Source of the DNA: Thermodesulfobacteriota bacterium
GTDB lineage: Bacteria; Desulfobacterota; Desulfobacteria; Desulfobacterales; C00003060
Direction of reading: 5' to 3'
NCBI GenBank assembly: GCA_034189385.1
Contig: JAXHVD010000001.1
Coordinates: forward strand, 96,001-160,000
Length of the DNA: 64,000 nt
The stretch's first letter is position 1, and every line of letters begins with the position of its first letter. Of the stretch, positions 1 through 10,913 are shown in pieces. The notes beneath the pieces were generated by a model. It was not told where the DNA came from, did no database searches, and was given only the letters and a program-made list of their open reading frames with translations. The position numbers and the translations under genes are program-made.

Positions 1-330
1 GTAGGTTGAATAGAGATGGGGTGGAAAAAAGGTATTACTCTCAGTCTCAGTCGATGTCTTGCCACTTGGGCTAAGGGTAACAACATCGGCCTTGGGATAA
101 ATAATCGTGGCCCCACCCATGAACTGCGTTCCCGGAAGCTGCGTTATCCCAGCAGGGTTGTAGTAAAGAGCAGAAGGATCATCAGCCCGGCCCACAAGGG
201 TTCCACCTAATGCATTTCCCCGGGCACTTCCTTCATAGAGTGCAAAGCCTGCGCCTTGGGCCATGCTGGCAGCCAGAAGCAAACCTAAGCCAGCAAAAGC
301 GACCTGAAAAAACCAACTCTTCTTCATCAT
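1..330 (-). CDS. FadL/OmpP1/TodX family outer-membrane long-chain fatty acid/hydrocarbon transporter, 5' part (runs off the window)
   Basis: Not in the ORF track; translated by hand from ATG at 330 (GAGGAGG SD upstream): MMKKSWFFQVAFAGLGLLLAASMAQGAGFALYEGSARGNALGGTLVGRADDPSALYYNPAGITQL. Signal peptide followed by the FadL N-terminal hatch signature (AGF.L...SA...G......DD.SA.YYNPAG). Confidence 0.9.
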   Translation of the reverse strand, partial: MMKKSWFFQVAFAGLGLLLAASMAQGAGFALYEGSARGNALGGTLVGRADDPSALYYNPAGITQLPGTQFMGGATIIYPKADVVTLSPSGKTSTETESNTFFPPHLYSTY

Positions 331-418
331 GTTCGACCTCCTCGATTCTAGTGTAGTCATTGTATTGGGGGCGTCTTTCCTCCTGTTTGAATGCAAGCAC
401 GGGCCAAGAGAACTTACT

Positions 419-1849
419 TTAGGACTCCAACACCTGCCTCAACATGTCATTAACCAATTTAGGATTTGCCTTGCCCCTGGTTGCCTTCATGACCTGCCCA
501 ACAAAGAAACCAAACAACTTGGTTTTGCCTGCCCTGTAGTCTGAAACCTCCTTTCCATGGTCGGCCAACACCTGTTTGACGACCTCTCTAATCTCGTCTT
601 TATCAGTAATTTGCACCAGTCCTTTTTCTTGGACTACTTTATGTGGCGCCTTACCTGTTGATGCCATCTCTTCAAACACGGTCTTCGCAATTTTTCCGCT
701 GATAATGCCCGAATCGATCAATCGCAACAGCTCTGCCAGTCGCTCGGCAGACACCGGTGACTCTTTAATGGTCCTTTTCACCTCATTCAATTTGGCCAAG
801 AGGGGCCCCACGACCCAGTTGCAGACAGTTTTTGACTCTGGAAAGTGTTCTGTGCAGGCTTCAAAATAGTCTGCCATGGCTCGAGAGCTCGTCAGAAGTG
901 CTGCATCGTCAGGGGCAAGGCCATGGTCCGCAATAAAACGCTGCCTCTTGGCATCGGGGAGTTCAGGGAGGCTGCCGCGGATTTCTTCAATCCACTCTTT
1001 ATCGATTACCAGTGGAAGCAAATCCGGGTCTGGAAAATAGCGGTAATCATGGGCCTCCTCTTTGCCGCGCATGGGGGCAGTCATCCCCTTGTCGGGGTCC
1101 CAAAGGCGGGTTTCCTGAACGACCTCACTGCCATCTTCGATCGCGGCCGTTTGCCGCTCGATTTCGTGGAAGAGGGCGCTCTCCACATGCTTAAAAGAGT
1201 TCATGTTTTTGAGCTCGGTGCGGGTTCCAAAGGTCTCAGCGCCCACAGGACGGATAGAGATGTTGGCGTCGCACCTGAAACTTCCCTCTTCCATATTGCC
1301 ATCACATATCTCCAAATATCGAACAATGGCTCGAAGCTGTCGCAGGTAGGCTCCGGCCTCTTCCGGTGTGCGCATGTCGGGTTCGCTCACAATTTCTATG
1401 AGAGGCACGCCGGTGCGATTGAAATCGACCATGCTCACAGGTCGATAGGCGTGGTGAATAAGTTTCCCCGCATCCTCTTCCATATGTATGCGGGTAATGC
1501 CGATGGGCCTGCTATTGCCGTTGACCTCAATGACAATGTGTCCATGCTCCGCGATAGGAAGCTCATATTGGGATATTTGATACCCTTTCGGAAGATCAGG
1601 GTAGAAATAGTTCTTGCGGGCAAAGCGGCTAGAAGAAGAAATGGTGCAGTTTGTGGCCAAGGCCATACGGAGGGCATAGTCCACTACCTTGCGATTTAAG
1701 ACCGGAAGGACTCCAGGCATCCCAAGACAGACCGGGCAGGTATGGGTATTGGGCGGTGCGCCAAACTCCGTTGAGCAACGGCAGAAGATCTTGCTCTTTG
1801 TCCGCAATTGGGCGTGGACCTCCAAGCCTATAACGGTTTCATAGTTCAA
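419..1849 (-). CDS. gatB: Asp-tRNA(Asn)/Glu-tRNA(Gln) amidotransferase subunit B
   Basis: [39 protein letters not shown] and C-terminal [16 protein letters not shown] start at 1849 preferred over the track's 1876. Confidence 0.97.
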   Translation of the reverse strand: MNYETVIGLEVHAQLRTKSKIFCRCSTEFGAPPNTHTCPVCLGMPGVLPVLNRKVVDYALRMALATNCTISSSSRFARKNYFYPDLPKGYQISQYELPIAEHGHIVIEVNGNSRPIGITRIHMEEDAGKLIHHAYRPVSMVDFNRTGVPLIEIVSEPDMRTPEEAGAYLRQLRAIVRYLEICDGNMEEGSFRCDANISIRPVGAETFGTRTELKNMNSFKHVESALFHEIERQTAAIEDGSEVVQETRLWDPDKGMTAPMRGKEEAHDYRYFPDPDLLPLVIDKEWIEEIRGSLPELPDAKRQRFIADHGLAPDDAALLTSSRAMADYFEACTEHFPESKTVCNWVVGPLLAKLNEVKRTIKESPVSAERLAELLRLIDSGIISGKIAKTVFEEMASTGKAPHKVVQEKGLVQITDKDEIREVVKQVLADHGKEVSDYRAGKTKLFGFFVGQVMKATRGKANPKLVNDMLRQVLES

Positions 1850-1904
1850 AGTCGAAAATCCTTTTCTTAAGGTCAAAACAAAAGAAGCTTATGGAAACAG
1901 GGAG

Positions 1905-2176
1905 AAGTGTCTAAAGGGCCTAGAGTGCCTAAAGTGAGCTAAAGTTGCTTGAGCGGAAGGCCAGCAGGGCCGCTCTTCATTTGCCATTGACCCGACAACA
2001 AATTATACGAAACCTGTCATGCCGGATTTGATCCTGCATCCAGTAACTGTCTAGATTCCGGCCGTTCGGCCTTGAGGCTTCGACAGGCCTTCGCCGGAAT
2101 GACAACATTGGTGTGGTTCATTGCAGAAGTAATAACTTTAGGCACTTTAGCTCACTCTAGTTCACTTTAGACACTT
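1905..2176. repeat. Intergenic element bounded by inverted arrays of 9-10 bp AAGTG(C/T/AG/AA)CTA-like units, copy 1
   Basis: Left arm 1905-1946: aagtgtcta aagggccta gagtgccta aagtgagcta aagtt. Right arm 2134-2176 reverse-complements to aagtgtcta aagtgaacta gagtgagcta aagtgccta aagtt. Confidence 0.85.
2015..2104. repeat. REP-like palindromic element (TGTCATGCCGG...CCGGAATGACA) nested in the array-bounded element
   Basis: Terminal inverted repeat tgtcatgccgg / ccggaatgaca (1 mismatch) with internal hairpins (attccggc...gccggaat). Confidence 0.7.
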
Positions 2177-4121
2177 TTATCTGCTCCAATGCCTCCGGGT
2201 TTTCCACAGAGGAAAGATCACCGGGATCTTCACCCATGTACTTCTTTCGGATGGCTTTTCTTACAATCTTCATAGATCTGGTCCTGGGAAGATCCGGCAC
2301 GATCTCAACAGCCTTGGGCCTGAGATTCTTCCCCATGGTCCCAATCACATATTGCGCAATCTCTGTTTTTAGCTGCTCAGAGCCTTTATGCCCTTCTTTT
2401 AGAATTACAAAACAGACGATGTCAGAACCTTTTATTCTATCAGGCACGCCAATAACAGCCGATTCCTTTACCGCCTCATGGTCCATGAGAGCAGACTCGA
2501 TCTCGCCGGCCCCGGTCCGAACACCGGCCACATTGATAGTGTCATCAGACCGGCCGTGAAGGGTCAGTTGTCCCTCTTCATCGCGACTGATGTAATCGCC
2601 GTGGTACCAGACCCCTGGATTCTTTTCCCATGAGAAGTACGTGTCTATATACCGCTGCCAGTCACCCAGAAAGCCCCTGGTCAGCGATGGGGCGGGCTTT
2701 AACACCACGAGGTGACCCTTGCCCACGTCCATAAGATTGCCTTCGTCGTCGGCAATCCCGATGGCCATGCCCAACCCGTGCATGCCGACTGAGCAGGGCT
2801 TGAGCGGCGTCAGGGGAGAGGGCGATACAAGGCAGCCACACATCTCCGTGCCCCCGCTAATATTGATGATGGGCACCTGACCATGCCCAATCGTCTGAAA
2901 GACCCACATGTAGCTCTCTGGATCGAAAGGTTCGCCGGTGGAGCCCAGAAACTTCAACGATGACAGGTCATATGGACTGATCCAGTCATCGCCCTTTGTC
3001 TTCAGGCTTCGGCTGTATGTGGGAGAAAGACCCAAATGGGTTAGCCTGTGGCGCACGACCATGTCAAGAATCCGCTTGTGATCGGGGTAAAAGGGATTTC
3101 CCTCATAGATGAGGTAACAGCCCCCAAAATGCTGGACTCCCATGATCTCCCACGGGCCCATCATCCATCCGATGTTGGTAATCCAATAGAACCTGGTGTC
3201 CGCTTTGACATCAAAATGAAAGCCTAGTTCTTTTACCACCTGGGCGAAGACCCCTGCCACGCGATGAAGCGTGCCCTTTGGCTTGCCCGTGGTGCCTGAG
3301 GAGTAGAGGATCATGGCAAGATCTTCGGCATCAAGGATCGCTGTCTTAAAGGCCGCAGATTGTCTGGGGACCAGCTCGTGCCACCATAGGTCGCGGCCCT
3401 CATGCCATGAAATATCGTGGTGCTCTTGCCGCTTGACCACCACCATGTGCCGGAGGCTGGGCACCTCTTGGGCGGCAGCGTCACAGGTGGCCTTAAGGGG
3501 GATCGGTTTGGCCTTATAAAAACCCACGTCAGCCGTCAACAGGACCCTTGCCTTGGCATCTGCAAGCCTCACGGCCAGGGGCTTTGCACCAAAACCGGAA
3601 AAGATCGGGATAAGAGGAGCCCCCAGCTTCATACAGGCCCAGAAGGCGACTACGAGTTCAGGGATCATGGGCATGTAGAACCCTACAGTGCTCCCTTTTT
3701 TGATGCCCAAGGACTTTAATGCATTGGCGCACTGGTTGGAAGCCCTGTAAAGGTCAAGATAGGTCCATTTCTCTGTGGTCCCGTCTTCTGCCTCCCAGAT
3801 AAAGGCCAAACGGTTTGCGGCACGAGGATCCATGGCGTGGCGGTCCAGACAATGATATGCAATGCTGAGTTTCCCTCCTACAAACCATCTGGCCCTTTCA
3901 AATGATTTAGACCCGTCCAGATCAAGGACGGTGTCATATCGCCGGTGCCAATGGACACCCAAGTAGTCCAGGGCCGCAGGCCAGAACCATGTGATGTCTT
4001 CCACGGACTTGCGGTACAGTTCCTTGTAGGTCCTCATGCCCCACGTGTCCATGAAACCCTTCATACGGGAGCCTTCTATGTATGTTCCAGAGGGCTTCCA
4101 GATGATGTCTGATACCTTCAT
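2157..4121 (-). CDS. AMP-forming acyl-CoA synthetase (acetate/acetoacetate--CoA ligase-like)
   Basis: AMP-binding motifs LYSSGTTGKPKG, ISGGTE, YHGD, GRSDD and C-terminal LPRTRSMKIVR. Start at ATG 4121 (MKVSDIIWKP) preferred. Confidence 0.9.
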   Translation of the reverse strand: MKVSDIIWKPSGTYIEGSRMKGFMDTWGMRTYKELYRKSVEDITWFWPAALDYLGVHWHRRYDTVLDLDGSKSFERARWFVGGKLSIAYHCLDRHAMDPRAANRLAFIWEAEDGTTEKWTYLDLYRASNQCANALKSLGIKKGSTVGFYMPMIPELVVAFWACMKLGAPLIPIFSGFGAKPLAVRLADAKARVLLTADVGFYKAKPIPLKATCDAAAQEVPSLRHMVVVKRQEHHDISWHEGRDLWWHELVPRQSAAFKTAILDAEDLAMILYSSGTTGKPKGTLHRVAGVFAQVVKELGFHFDVKADTRFYWITNIGWMMGPWEIMGVQHFGGCYLIYEGNPFYPDHKRILDMVVRHRLTHLGLSPTYSRSLKTKGDDWISPYDLSSLKFLGSTGEPFDPESYMWVFQTIGHGQVPIINISGGTEMCGCLVSPSPLTPLKPCSVGMHGLGMAIGIADDEGNLMDVGKGHLVVLKPAPSLTRGFLGDWQRYIDTYFSWEKNPGVWYHGDYISRDEEGQLTLHGRSDDTINVAGVRTGAGEIESALMDHEAVKESAVIGVPDRIKGSDIVCFVILKEGHKGSEQLKTEIAQYVIGTMGKNLRPKAVEIVPDLPRTRSMKIVRKAIRKKYMGEDPGDLSSVENPEALEQIKVSKVN

Positions 4122-4202
4122 TGCTACATCCTTGGGCGTCTGAATCCGCCCTCCTTTAACAAATATGACCGGAAAAGGCAAATAGCCCTGCCCCCTTTTC
4201 TT

Positions 4203-4232
4203 TTGACAAAGGAAATTGGGGGGTACTATAAC
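4203..4232 (+). promoter_or_regulatory. Probable sigma70 promoter for the DUF2065-queA-tgt unit
   Basis: TTGACA 4203-4208, N18, TATAAC 4227-4232, about 30 nt upstream of ATG 4261. Confidence 0.55.
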
Positions 4233-4260
4233 CAAGTGCCCAAAACGGGCTGTGAGGGAC

Positions 4261-4449
4261 ATGATGGAGTATTTTCTCTGTGTGCTAGGGATGGTAATGA
4301 TTGTCGAAGGGCTTCCCTATTTTGCCGCACCTGCCAAGATGAAGACGTGGATCCAAAAGATGGTGGAGCTGCCCGATGGGTCCTTGCGGCTTATAGGGTT
4401 TTTGCTGATGGTATGCGGCCTTGGTCTTGTCTACATCGCCAGACGATAG
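4261..4449 (+). CDS. DUF2065 (YjeT-like) small membrane protein
   Basis: LGMVMIVEGLPYFAAP..MK......LR.IG pattern with two hydrophobic segments. Confidence 0.85.
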   Translation: MMEYFLCVLGMVMIVEGLPYFAAPAKMKTWIQKMVELPDGSLRLIGFLLMVCGLGLVYIARR

Positions 4450-4506
4450 CACGGTGGCCAAAACAGGGGTGGTCTCTGCCACAAGAGCGACGCAGAATCT
4501 ATCATC

Positions 4507-5616
4507 ATGTATTTGCTAAGTGACTATGATTATACCCTTCCTGAGCACCTCATCGCTCAGGCGCCTGCCCATTTTCGAGATCAATCACGCTTAATGGCGT
4601 TGGCAAGAGCGGATGGGAGCATATCCCACCACCGGTTTTTAGACCTTGTGGGGCTTCTGCACTCTGGGGACCTGTTGGTTGTCAACAACACGCGCGTGGT
4701 TCCAGCGCGCCTGGCAGGTACCAAGGAAACGGGGGGCAAGGTGGAGGTCCTGCTCTTGGACTATCCAGGAGCGATGGCAAATGAGGCTTCGGTGGAGGCT
4801 CCTGCTGCTGTCCGAGAAAGAGGGAAGGACAAGGGTGCAACAGACTTTGTCTGCGAGTGTTTGGTCAAGGCCTCCAAGCCTCCCCGCCCGGGATCCATCA
4901 TCCACTTTGATGAAGGGCTCAGTGCAAGAGTCCTTGGGGGCGCCCGGGGTGTCTTCGGCATGGACTTCCAGTGCCGGGAGAACATAGACCGCATCGTTGA
5001 AAAAATAGGGGAAGTCCCCCTGCCGCCTTACGTGAAACGCAACGGCCAGGGCCCCCCGCCCTGTGATGATCGTCAGAGTTATCAGACGGTCTATGCAAAA
5101 GAAAAGGGGGCTGTGGCCGCACCCACGGCCGGTCTGCACTTCTCGTCGGAGTTGATAGAACGTATTGTGGAAATGGGTGTTGAGTTTGTTTCCATCACAT
5201 TGCATGTGGGGTACGGCACATTTCTACCTGTCCGGGTTCAAGACATTAGGGATCACCAGATCCATTCTGAGACATACGCGCTCACAGCCGAGGCTGCATC
5301 GGCTATTAATCGGGCCAAGAAGGCGGACAGGCGTGTCATTGCAGTGGGCACCACTTCCGTGCGCGTCCTTGAGTATGCTGCTGACGAGACTGGCCGTGTG
5401 CGCCCAGGATCTGGCAAGTGTGATCTTTTCATCTTTCCCGGTTTTCAGTTCAAGGTGACCGATGGGTTGATCACCAACTTTCACCTTCCCAAGAGCACCC
5501 TGTTAATGTTGGTCTCTGCTTTTGCTGGCAGGCAATTCATCCTGGACGCATATAGAGAGGCCATATGCCGGACATATCGGTTCTATAGCTATGGGGATGC
5601 CATGTTCATCCGTTAA
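4507..5616 (+). CDS. queA: S-adenosylmethionine:tRNA ribosyltransferase-isomerase
   Basis: DYTLPEHLIAQ, PLPPYV, YQTVYA, AAPTAGLHF, TNFHLPKSTL, YRFYSYGDAM. Confidence 0.97.
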   Translation: MYLLSDYDYTLPEHLIAQAPAHFRDQSRLMALARADGSISHHRFLDLVGLLHSGDLLVVNNTRVVPARLAGTKETGGKVEVLLLDYPGAMANEASVEAPAAVRERGKDKGATDFVCECLVKASKPPRPGSIIHFDEGLSARVLGGARGVFGMDFQCRENIDRIVEKIGEVPLPPYVKRNGQGPPPCDDRQSYQTVYAKEKGAVAAPTAGLHFSSELIERIVEMGVEFVSITLHVGYGTFLPVRVQDIRDHQIHSETYALTAEAASAINRAKKADRRVIAVGTTSVRVLEYAADETGRVRPGSGKCDLFIFPGFQFKVTDGLITNFHLPKSTLLMLVSAFAGRQFILDAYREAICRTYRFYSYGDAMFIR

Positions 5617-5641
5617 CCGGGTTACTCCCGTTTGGGCCTAA

Positions 5642-6778
<1,137 letters not shown>

Positions 6779-6964
6779 AAGAGGGTGGTGCAACAGGCTT
6801 TGCGCGCCTTCAATTTTGAGTTTTTGACTTGGCCGTCTAAATGGCGACTTTTTACCAATTTGTCAAACTTGAGCCTTCTACCAATAACTGGTTGCAAAAA
6901 AGACGGACTCCGTCTATGGTAACGGGGACTCTCAGAACCTATAGGAATAGGAGGAACAAAGAAG

Positions 6965-7186
6965 ATGAAGGAAGCGGTTCAAGCGGTTATTGAGAAGATA
7001 CGGCCTATGCTTCAGGCTGATGGCGGGGATGTGGAGCTTGTATCGGTAGACGACAGCGTGGTGAAGGTTCGGCTCCAGGGGGCCTGCAAGGGGTGTCCGA
7101 TGTCCCAAATGACGCTCAAGAACGGCATTGAGAAGTATATGAAAAAGGAAGTCCCACAGGTGGAACGAGTGGAGGCAGTAGACTAG
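6965..7186 (+). CDS. NifU/NfuA C-terminal domain Fe-S scaffold protein
   Basis: IRPMLQADGGDVELV...LQGACKGCPMSQMTLKNGIE. Confidence 0.93.
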   Translation: MKEAVQAVIEKIRPMLQADGGDVELVSVDDSVVKVRLQGACKGCPMSQMTLKNGIEKYMKKEVPQVERVEAVD

Positions 7187-8175
7187 ATGGACCATTTCAC
7201 CACAGCTGCTCCCCACGTCAATCCCGCCCCAAAGGTTACCAAAAGCACATAGTCCCCTGGTTTCAGAAGACCGTCTCCGTTGGCCTCGTCTAAGGCGATC
7301 GGTATGGATGCGGAAGAGGTATTGCCGTATTTCTGGATGTTCGTGTAAACCCTTTCCATGGGAATATGCAGCCGCTTTGCAACGGCCTCGATGATCCTGA
7401 GGTTGGCCTGATGCGGGACCATGAGTCTGACATTGTCACAAGACAAACCATGGTGGCTCAACGCAGAGTCAGCAATCTGGGCCAGGCAGGAGACCGCTTT
7501 TTTGAAAAGGCGGTTTCCTTCCATCTTCATGAAGAAGGGCTTTCCTTCCACGGTGTCCAGGATCTCAGGGACCTTGGAGGCTCCATTGGAGGAATAGAGG
7601 AGGTCCCAAAGACTGCCGTCAGATCCCAGGTGGGTCGAGAGAATGCCATCGTCGTCTGTACTGGGGGAGAGAACGACGGCCCCAGCACCGTCGCCGAGCA
7701 AGACGCAGGTGGATCGATCCTCCCAATTTGCCACAGAGGAAAGACGCTCAGCGCCCACGGCCAACACGTTTTTACAGCACCCTGTCGCAATGGCATTGTC
7801 CGCAACTGAAAGGGCGTAGAGAAAGCCGGAACATCCGGCAGATACGTCAAAGGCTACGGCACTGCTAGCCTTGAGTTCCTTTTGGACAAGGCATGCCACA
7901 GAGGGAAACTGACGGTCCGGCGTCACCGTGCCCACAATAATCATATCGAGGGCTTCGGGCACGATGCCAGCCATGTCCAAGGCCCTGAGAGATGCCCGAG
8001 TGGCCATCTCTGACGTGTCTTCCCGTTGTCTATTTGAGGAAATCCGGCGTTCCTTGATCCCTGTTCGCCGCGTTATCCACTCATCACTGGTGTCTACAAT
8101 GGTCTCAAGGTCTTTGTTTGTAAGGATCCTCTTGGGCGTTGTAGAACCTGTGCCAACAATACGTGCCCGCGTCAT
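7183..8175 (-). CDS. fabH: 3-oxoacyl-ACP synthase III
   Basis: DTSDEWITRRTGI, AGCSGF, PHQANLRI, YGNTSSAS, FGAGLTWG (Cys-His-Asn triad present). Confidence 0.95.
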   Translation of the reverse strand: MTRARIVGTGSTTPKRILTNKDLETIVDTSDEWITRRTGIKERRISSNRQREDTSEMATRASLRALDMAGIVPEALDMIIVGTVTPDRQFPSVACLVQKELKASSAVAFDVSAGCSGFLYALSVADNAIATGCCKNVLAVGAERLSSVANWEDRSTCVLLGDGAGAVVLSPSTDDDGILSTHLGSDGSLWDLLYSSNGASKVPEILDTVEGKPFFMKMEGNRLFKKAVSCLAQIADSALSHHGLSCDNVRLMVPHQANLRIIEAVAKRLHIPMERVYTNIQKYGNTSSASIPIALDEANGDGLLKPGDYVLLVTFGAGLTWGAAVVKWSI

Positions 8176-8593
8176 GATGCATCATCCCTCCTACTTCAAA
8201 ATCAAACACTAAGGGGCTGCTTCCCAAAACCCTCTTGCCCTTTTTCATGCCCTTTCTCTGATAAATCTAAGGGTTGACTCAGGCCCGCTAACAGGAAAAA
8301 GCTCGAAGACGTGTGCGTGAGAAAGGTGTCCATGAACGGCTCAAAGGGTTCTCCAATTGGGCGAGAGCCCGTTAAAATGCCTTTCCGGTCTCCATCCGGA
8401 AAATGCTCCTACCTTGGAAGGATGGGAGATGGGAGGCATCCAGAACATTTTTGCAGAAACCCTGTCTAACACGAAATATTTCTGGTGTCATGCCTTTTTT
8501 GCCTTGTTGCATTTTTGCAGTATTGTGGTAAAGAGTGTGCAGATTTTGTCATATATCTTCTATAGATCACACGGTAATTTGAAAGGGGCTACC

Positions 8594-9775
8594 ATGACAA
8601 TAGCTGCAAAGATTGATGCTGTTTTGGAGAAGGCTTCTTGGATTCGGAAGATGTTTGAGGAAGGAGCCCGGCTTAAGGCCGAATACGGTGCTGAAAATGT
8701 CTTTGACTTCAGCTTGGGAAATCCAAACCTTGAACCCCCTGAGCACTTTAAAGAGGCCCTGATTCGTACGGCCAAGGCAACGGGTACGGGGCACCACAGC
8801 TACATGCCCAACACGGGATATGCCTCCGTCAGGCAGGCTGTTGCGGAGTTTCTTTCAAAGGAGCAGGGACTTTCCGTGTCGGCAGATGAGGTGATCATGA
8901 CCTGTGGCGCTGCAGGGGCCTTGAATGTGATCTTGAAAACCATTTTGGATCCGGGTGACGAGGTGATTACACCGGCCCCCTACTTTGTGGAATACGGTTT
9001 TTATGTGGACAACCACGGGGGAGCGCTTAAGACAGTGGCTACTCAATCGGACTTCTCTCTTGACCTTGAGGCCATCGAGGGTGCCATTACGCCAAAAACC
9101 AAGGCCGTGCTCATCAATTCGCCCAACAACCCTTCCGGTCAAGTCTATTCGAAAGAGAGCTTGTTGGCATTGGGCGATCTCTTACGAGAGGAGGGCGGCA
9201 GACGAAAGCGCACCATTTATCTTATTTCAGACGAACCCTATAGAAAGATCACCTTTGACGGGATCTCCGTGCCAGCTCTGTTTTCCTGTTATGCCGAGAG
9301 CATGATCGCAACGTCATATTCAAAGGACCTTTCTGTCCCTGGAGAACGGATAGGCTTTCTGGCCGTGAATCCGGGCGCGACTTACAAAGATGACCTTATG
9401 GCTGGCATGGCCCTTGCGAACCGTATCTTGGGGTACGTGAACGCCCCTGCCTTGATGCAGCGTGCCATTGAGTCCCTGCAGGGGGTATCGGTGGACATGT
9501 CGATTTACCAGGCAAAACGGGATCTGCTCTGCGACGGCCTCTCTGATTGCGGATATGAGTTTGTGAAGCCCAAGGGGGCGTTCTATCTCTTTCCCAAGGC
9601 ACCCATCGCCGATGATGTGGCCTTTGTCCATAGCCTGCAGGAAGAACGTATCCTGACTGTGCCAGGAAGAGGGTTTGGATCTCCTGGTTTCTTTCGCATT
9701 GCCTTTTGTGTGGATGACAACACGATCAAAAAGGCCATGCCGGGCTTTGAGCGGGTACTGAAACAGTGTCGATGA
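8594..9775 (+). CDS. PLP-dependent aminotransferase class I/II (aspartate aminotransferase-like)
   Basis: SWIRKMFEEG, NSPNNPSG, SDEPY, SYSKDLSVPGERIG. Start at ATG 8594 after a GAAAGGGG SD. Confidence 0.92.
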   Translation: MTIAAKIDAVLEKASWIRKMFEEGARLKAEYGAENVFDFSLGNPNLEPPEHFKEALIRTAKATGTGHHSYMPNTGYASVRQAVAEFLSKEQGLSVSADEVIMTCGAAGALNVILKTILDPGDEVITPAPYFVEYGFYVDNHGGALKTVATQSDFSLDLEAIEGAITPKTKAVLINSPNNPSGQVYSKESLLALGDLLREEGGRRKRTIYLISDEPYRKITFDGISVPALFSCYAESMIATSYSKDLSVPGERIGFLAVNPGATYKDDLMAGMALANRILGYVNAPALMQRAIESLQGVSVDMSIYQAKRDLLCDGLSDCGYEFVKPKGAFYLFPKAPIADDVAFVHSLQEERILTVPGRGFGSPGFFRIAFCVDDNTIKKAMPGFERVLKQCR

Positions 9776-10079
9776 TGATCCAGGATGCTCAAGTGGATCT
9801 CTCAATGCGGATTTCTTGAAGTATGCTCACTTGTTTCACCCTATTTCTTCTTCAGGCCAAATGATGGGTGTCTACTTCTGACCCGCCCTGGGGCATTCTC
9901 CTTGACAATATCGCTTTGTTTTGCCAATTAAACAAAGTTTGTGGCTGCTCAGCCCTCGAGCACAGGGTGGGGCGCCATTTGAATGGAGAAAGGGCGCTGC
10001 TTAAGAGGAGATTTCTTGCATAGGGTCTTCTCAGGCCGGTCCGTTATCACCTTTTAGAAAATAGCGGAGGTTTTCGTAG

Positions 10080-10901
10080 GTGGTTCAATCAAATGGAAAG
10101 AAAGACGGTGAGGTCCTCCTAGAATTGGAGGACGTTCACATGTATTTTGGAAGGGTCGGTGCTCTGGCGGGTGTGAGTCTGGGCGTGAAAAAAGGGGATA
10201 TCCATTCTATCATAGGGCCCAACGGGGCGGGCAAGACCGTCATGATGAATTGCATAAACGGCCTATACCGCCCACAGAAGGGGAATATCTATTTCAAAGG
10301 ACAAGAGATCAGTAAACTCAAACCACATGAACGGGCCAAGCTCGGTATCGCTAGGACCTTTCAAAAAGTTGAGGTCTTTGGCGGGATGACCGTCCTTGGA
10401 AATATCAGGCTCGGTCGCCACATCCATCTCAAGTCCGGCATTGCCAGCGGTGCACTGTATCTGGGCAAAACGGCCTGCGAGGAGATCGAACACCGGGCCT
10501 ATATCGAAGAGGAGATCATTGATCTTCTGGAGATCGAGCATATCAGGGACAAGCCAGTGGGGATGCTCCCCTATGGTCTCCAAAAGCGGGTAGAACTGGG
10601 ACGGGCCCTTGCCCTGGAGCCCGAGCTTCTCATTTTGGATGAACCCCTGGCTGGTCTGAATCTGGAAGAAGTGGAGGACATGGCGCGCTTCATCCTGGAT
10701 ATTAATGAGGAAGAACGCTGGAAGGTCACCTGTATCCTAGTGGAACATGATATGGGAGTGGTGATGGATTTGTCTGATCGTGTATTTGTGCTGAACTTTG
10801 GAAATAAGATCATAGACGGACCACCGGAAGACGTCCAGAATCATCCTGAGGTGATTAAGGCCTATCTTGGTGAAGAGGACCTATACGCTACACGGAGGTA
10901 G
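10080..10901 (+). CDS. Branched-chain-type (HAAT) ABC transporter ATP-binding protein, LivG-like
   Basis: GPNGAGKT, LPYGLQKRVELGRAL, LDEP, VEHDM, VIKAYLG. Confidence 0.93.
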   Translation: MVQSNGKKDGEVLLELEDVHMYFGRVGALAGVSLGVKKGDIHSIIGPNGAGKTVMMNCINGLYRPQKGNIYFKGQEISKLKPHERAKLGIARTFQKVEVFGGMTVLGNIRLGRHIHLKSGIASGALYLGKTACEEIEHRAYIEEEIIDLLEIEHIRDKPVGMLPYGLQKRVELGRALALEPELLILDEPLAGLNLEEVEDMARFILDINEEERWKVTCILVEHDMGVVMDLSDRVFVLNFGNKIIDGPPEDVQNHPEVIKAYLGEEDLYATRR

Positions 10902-10913
10902 GGGCATTTCAAC

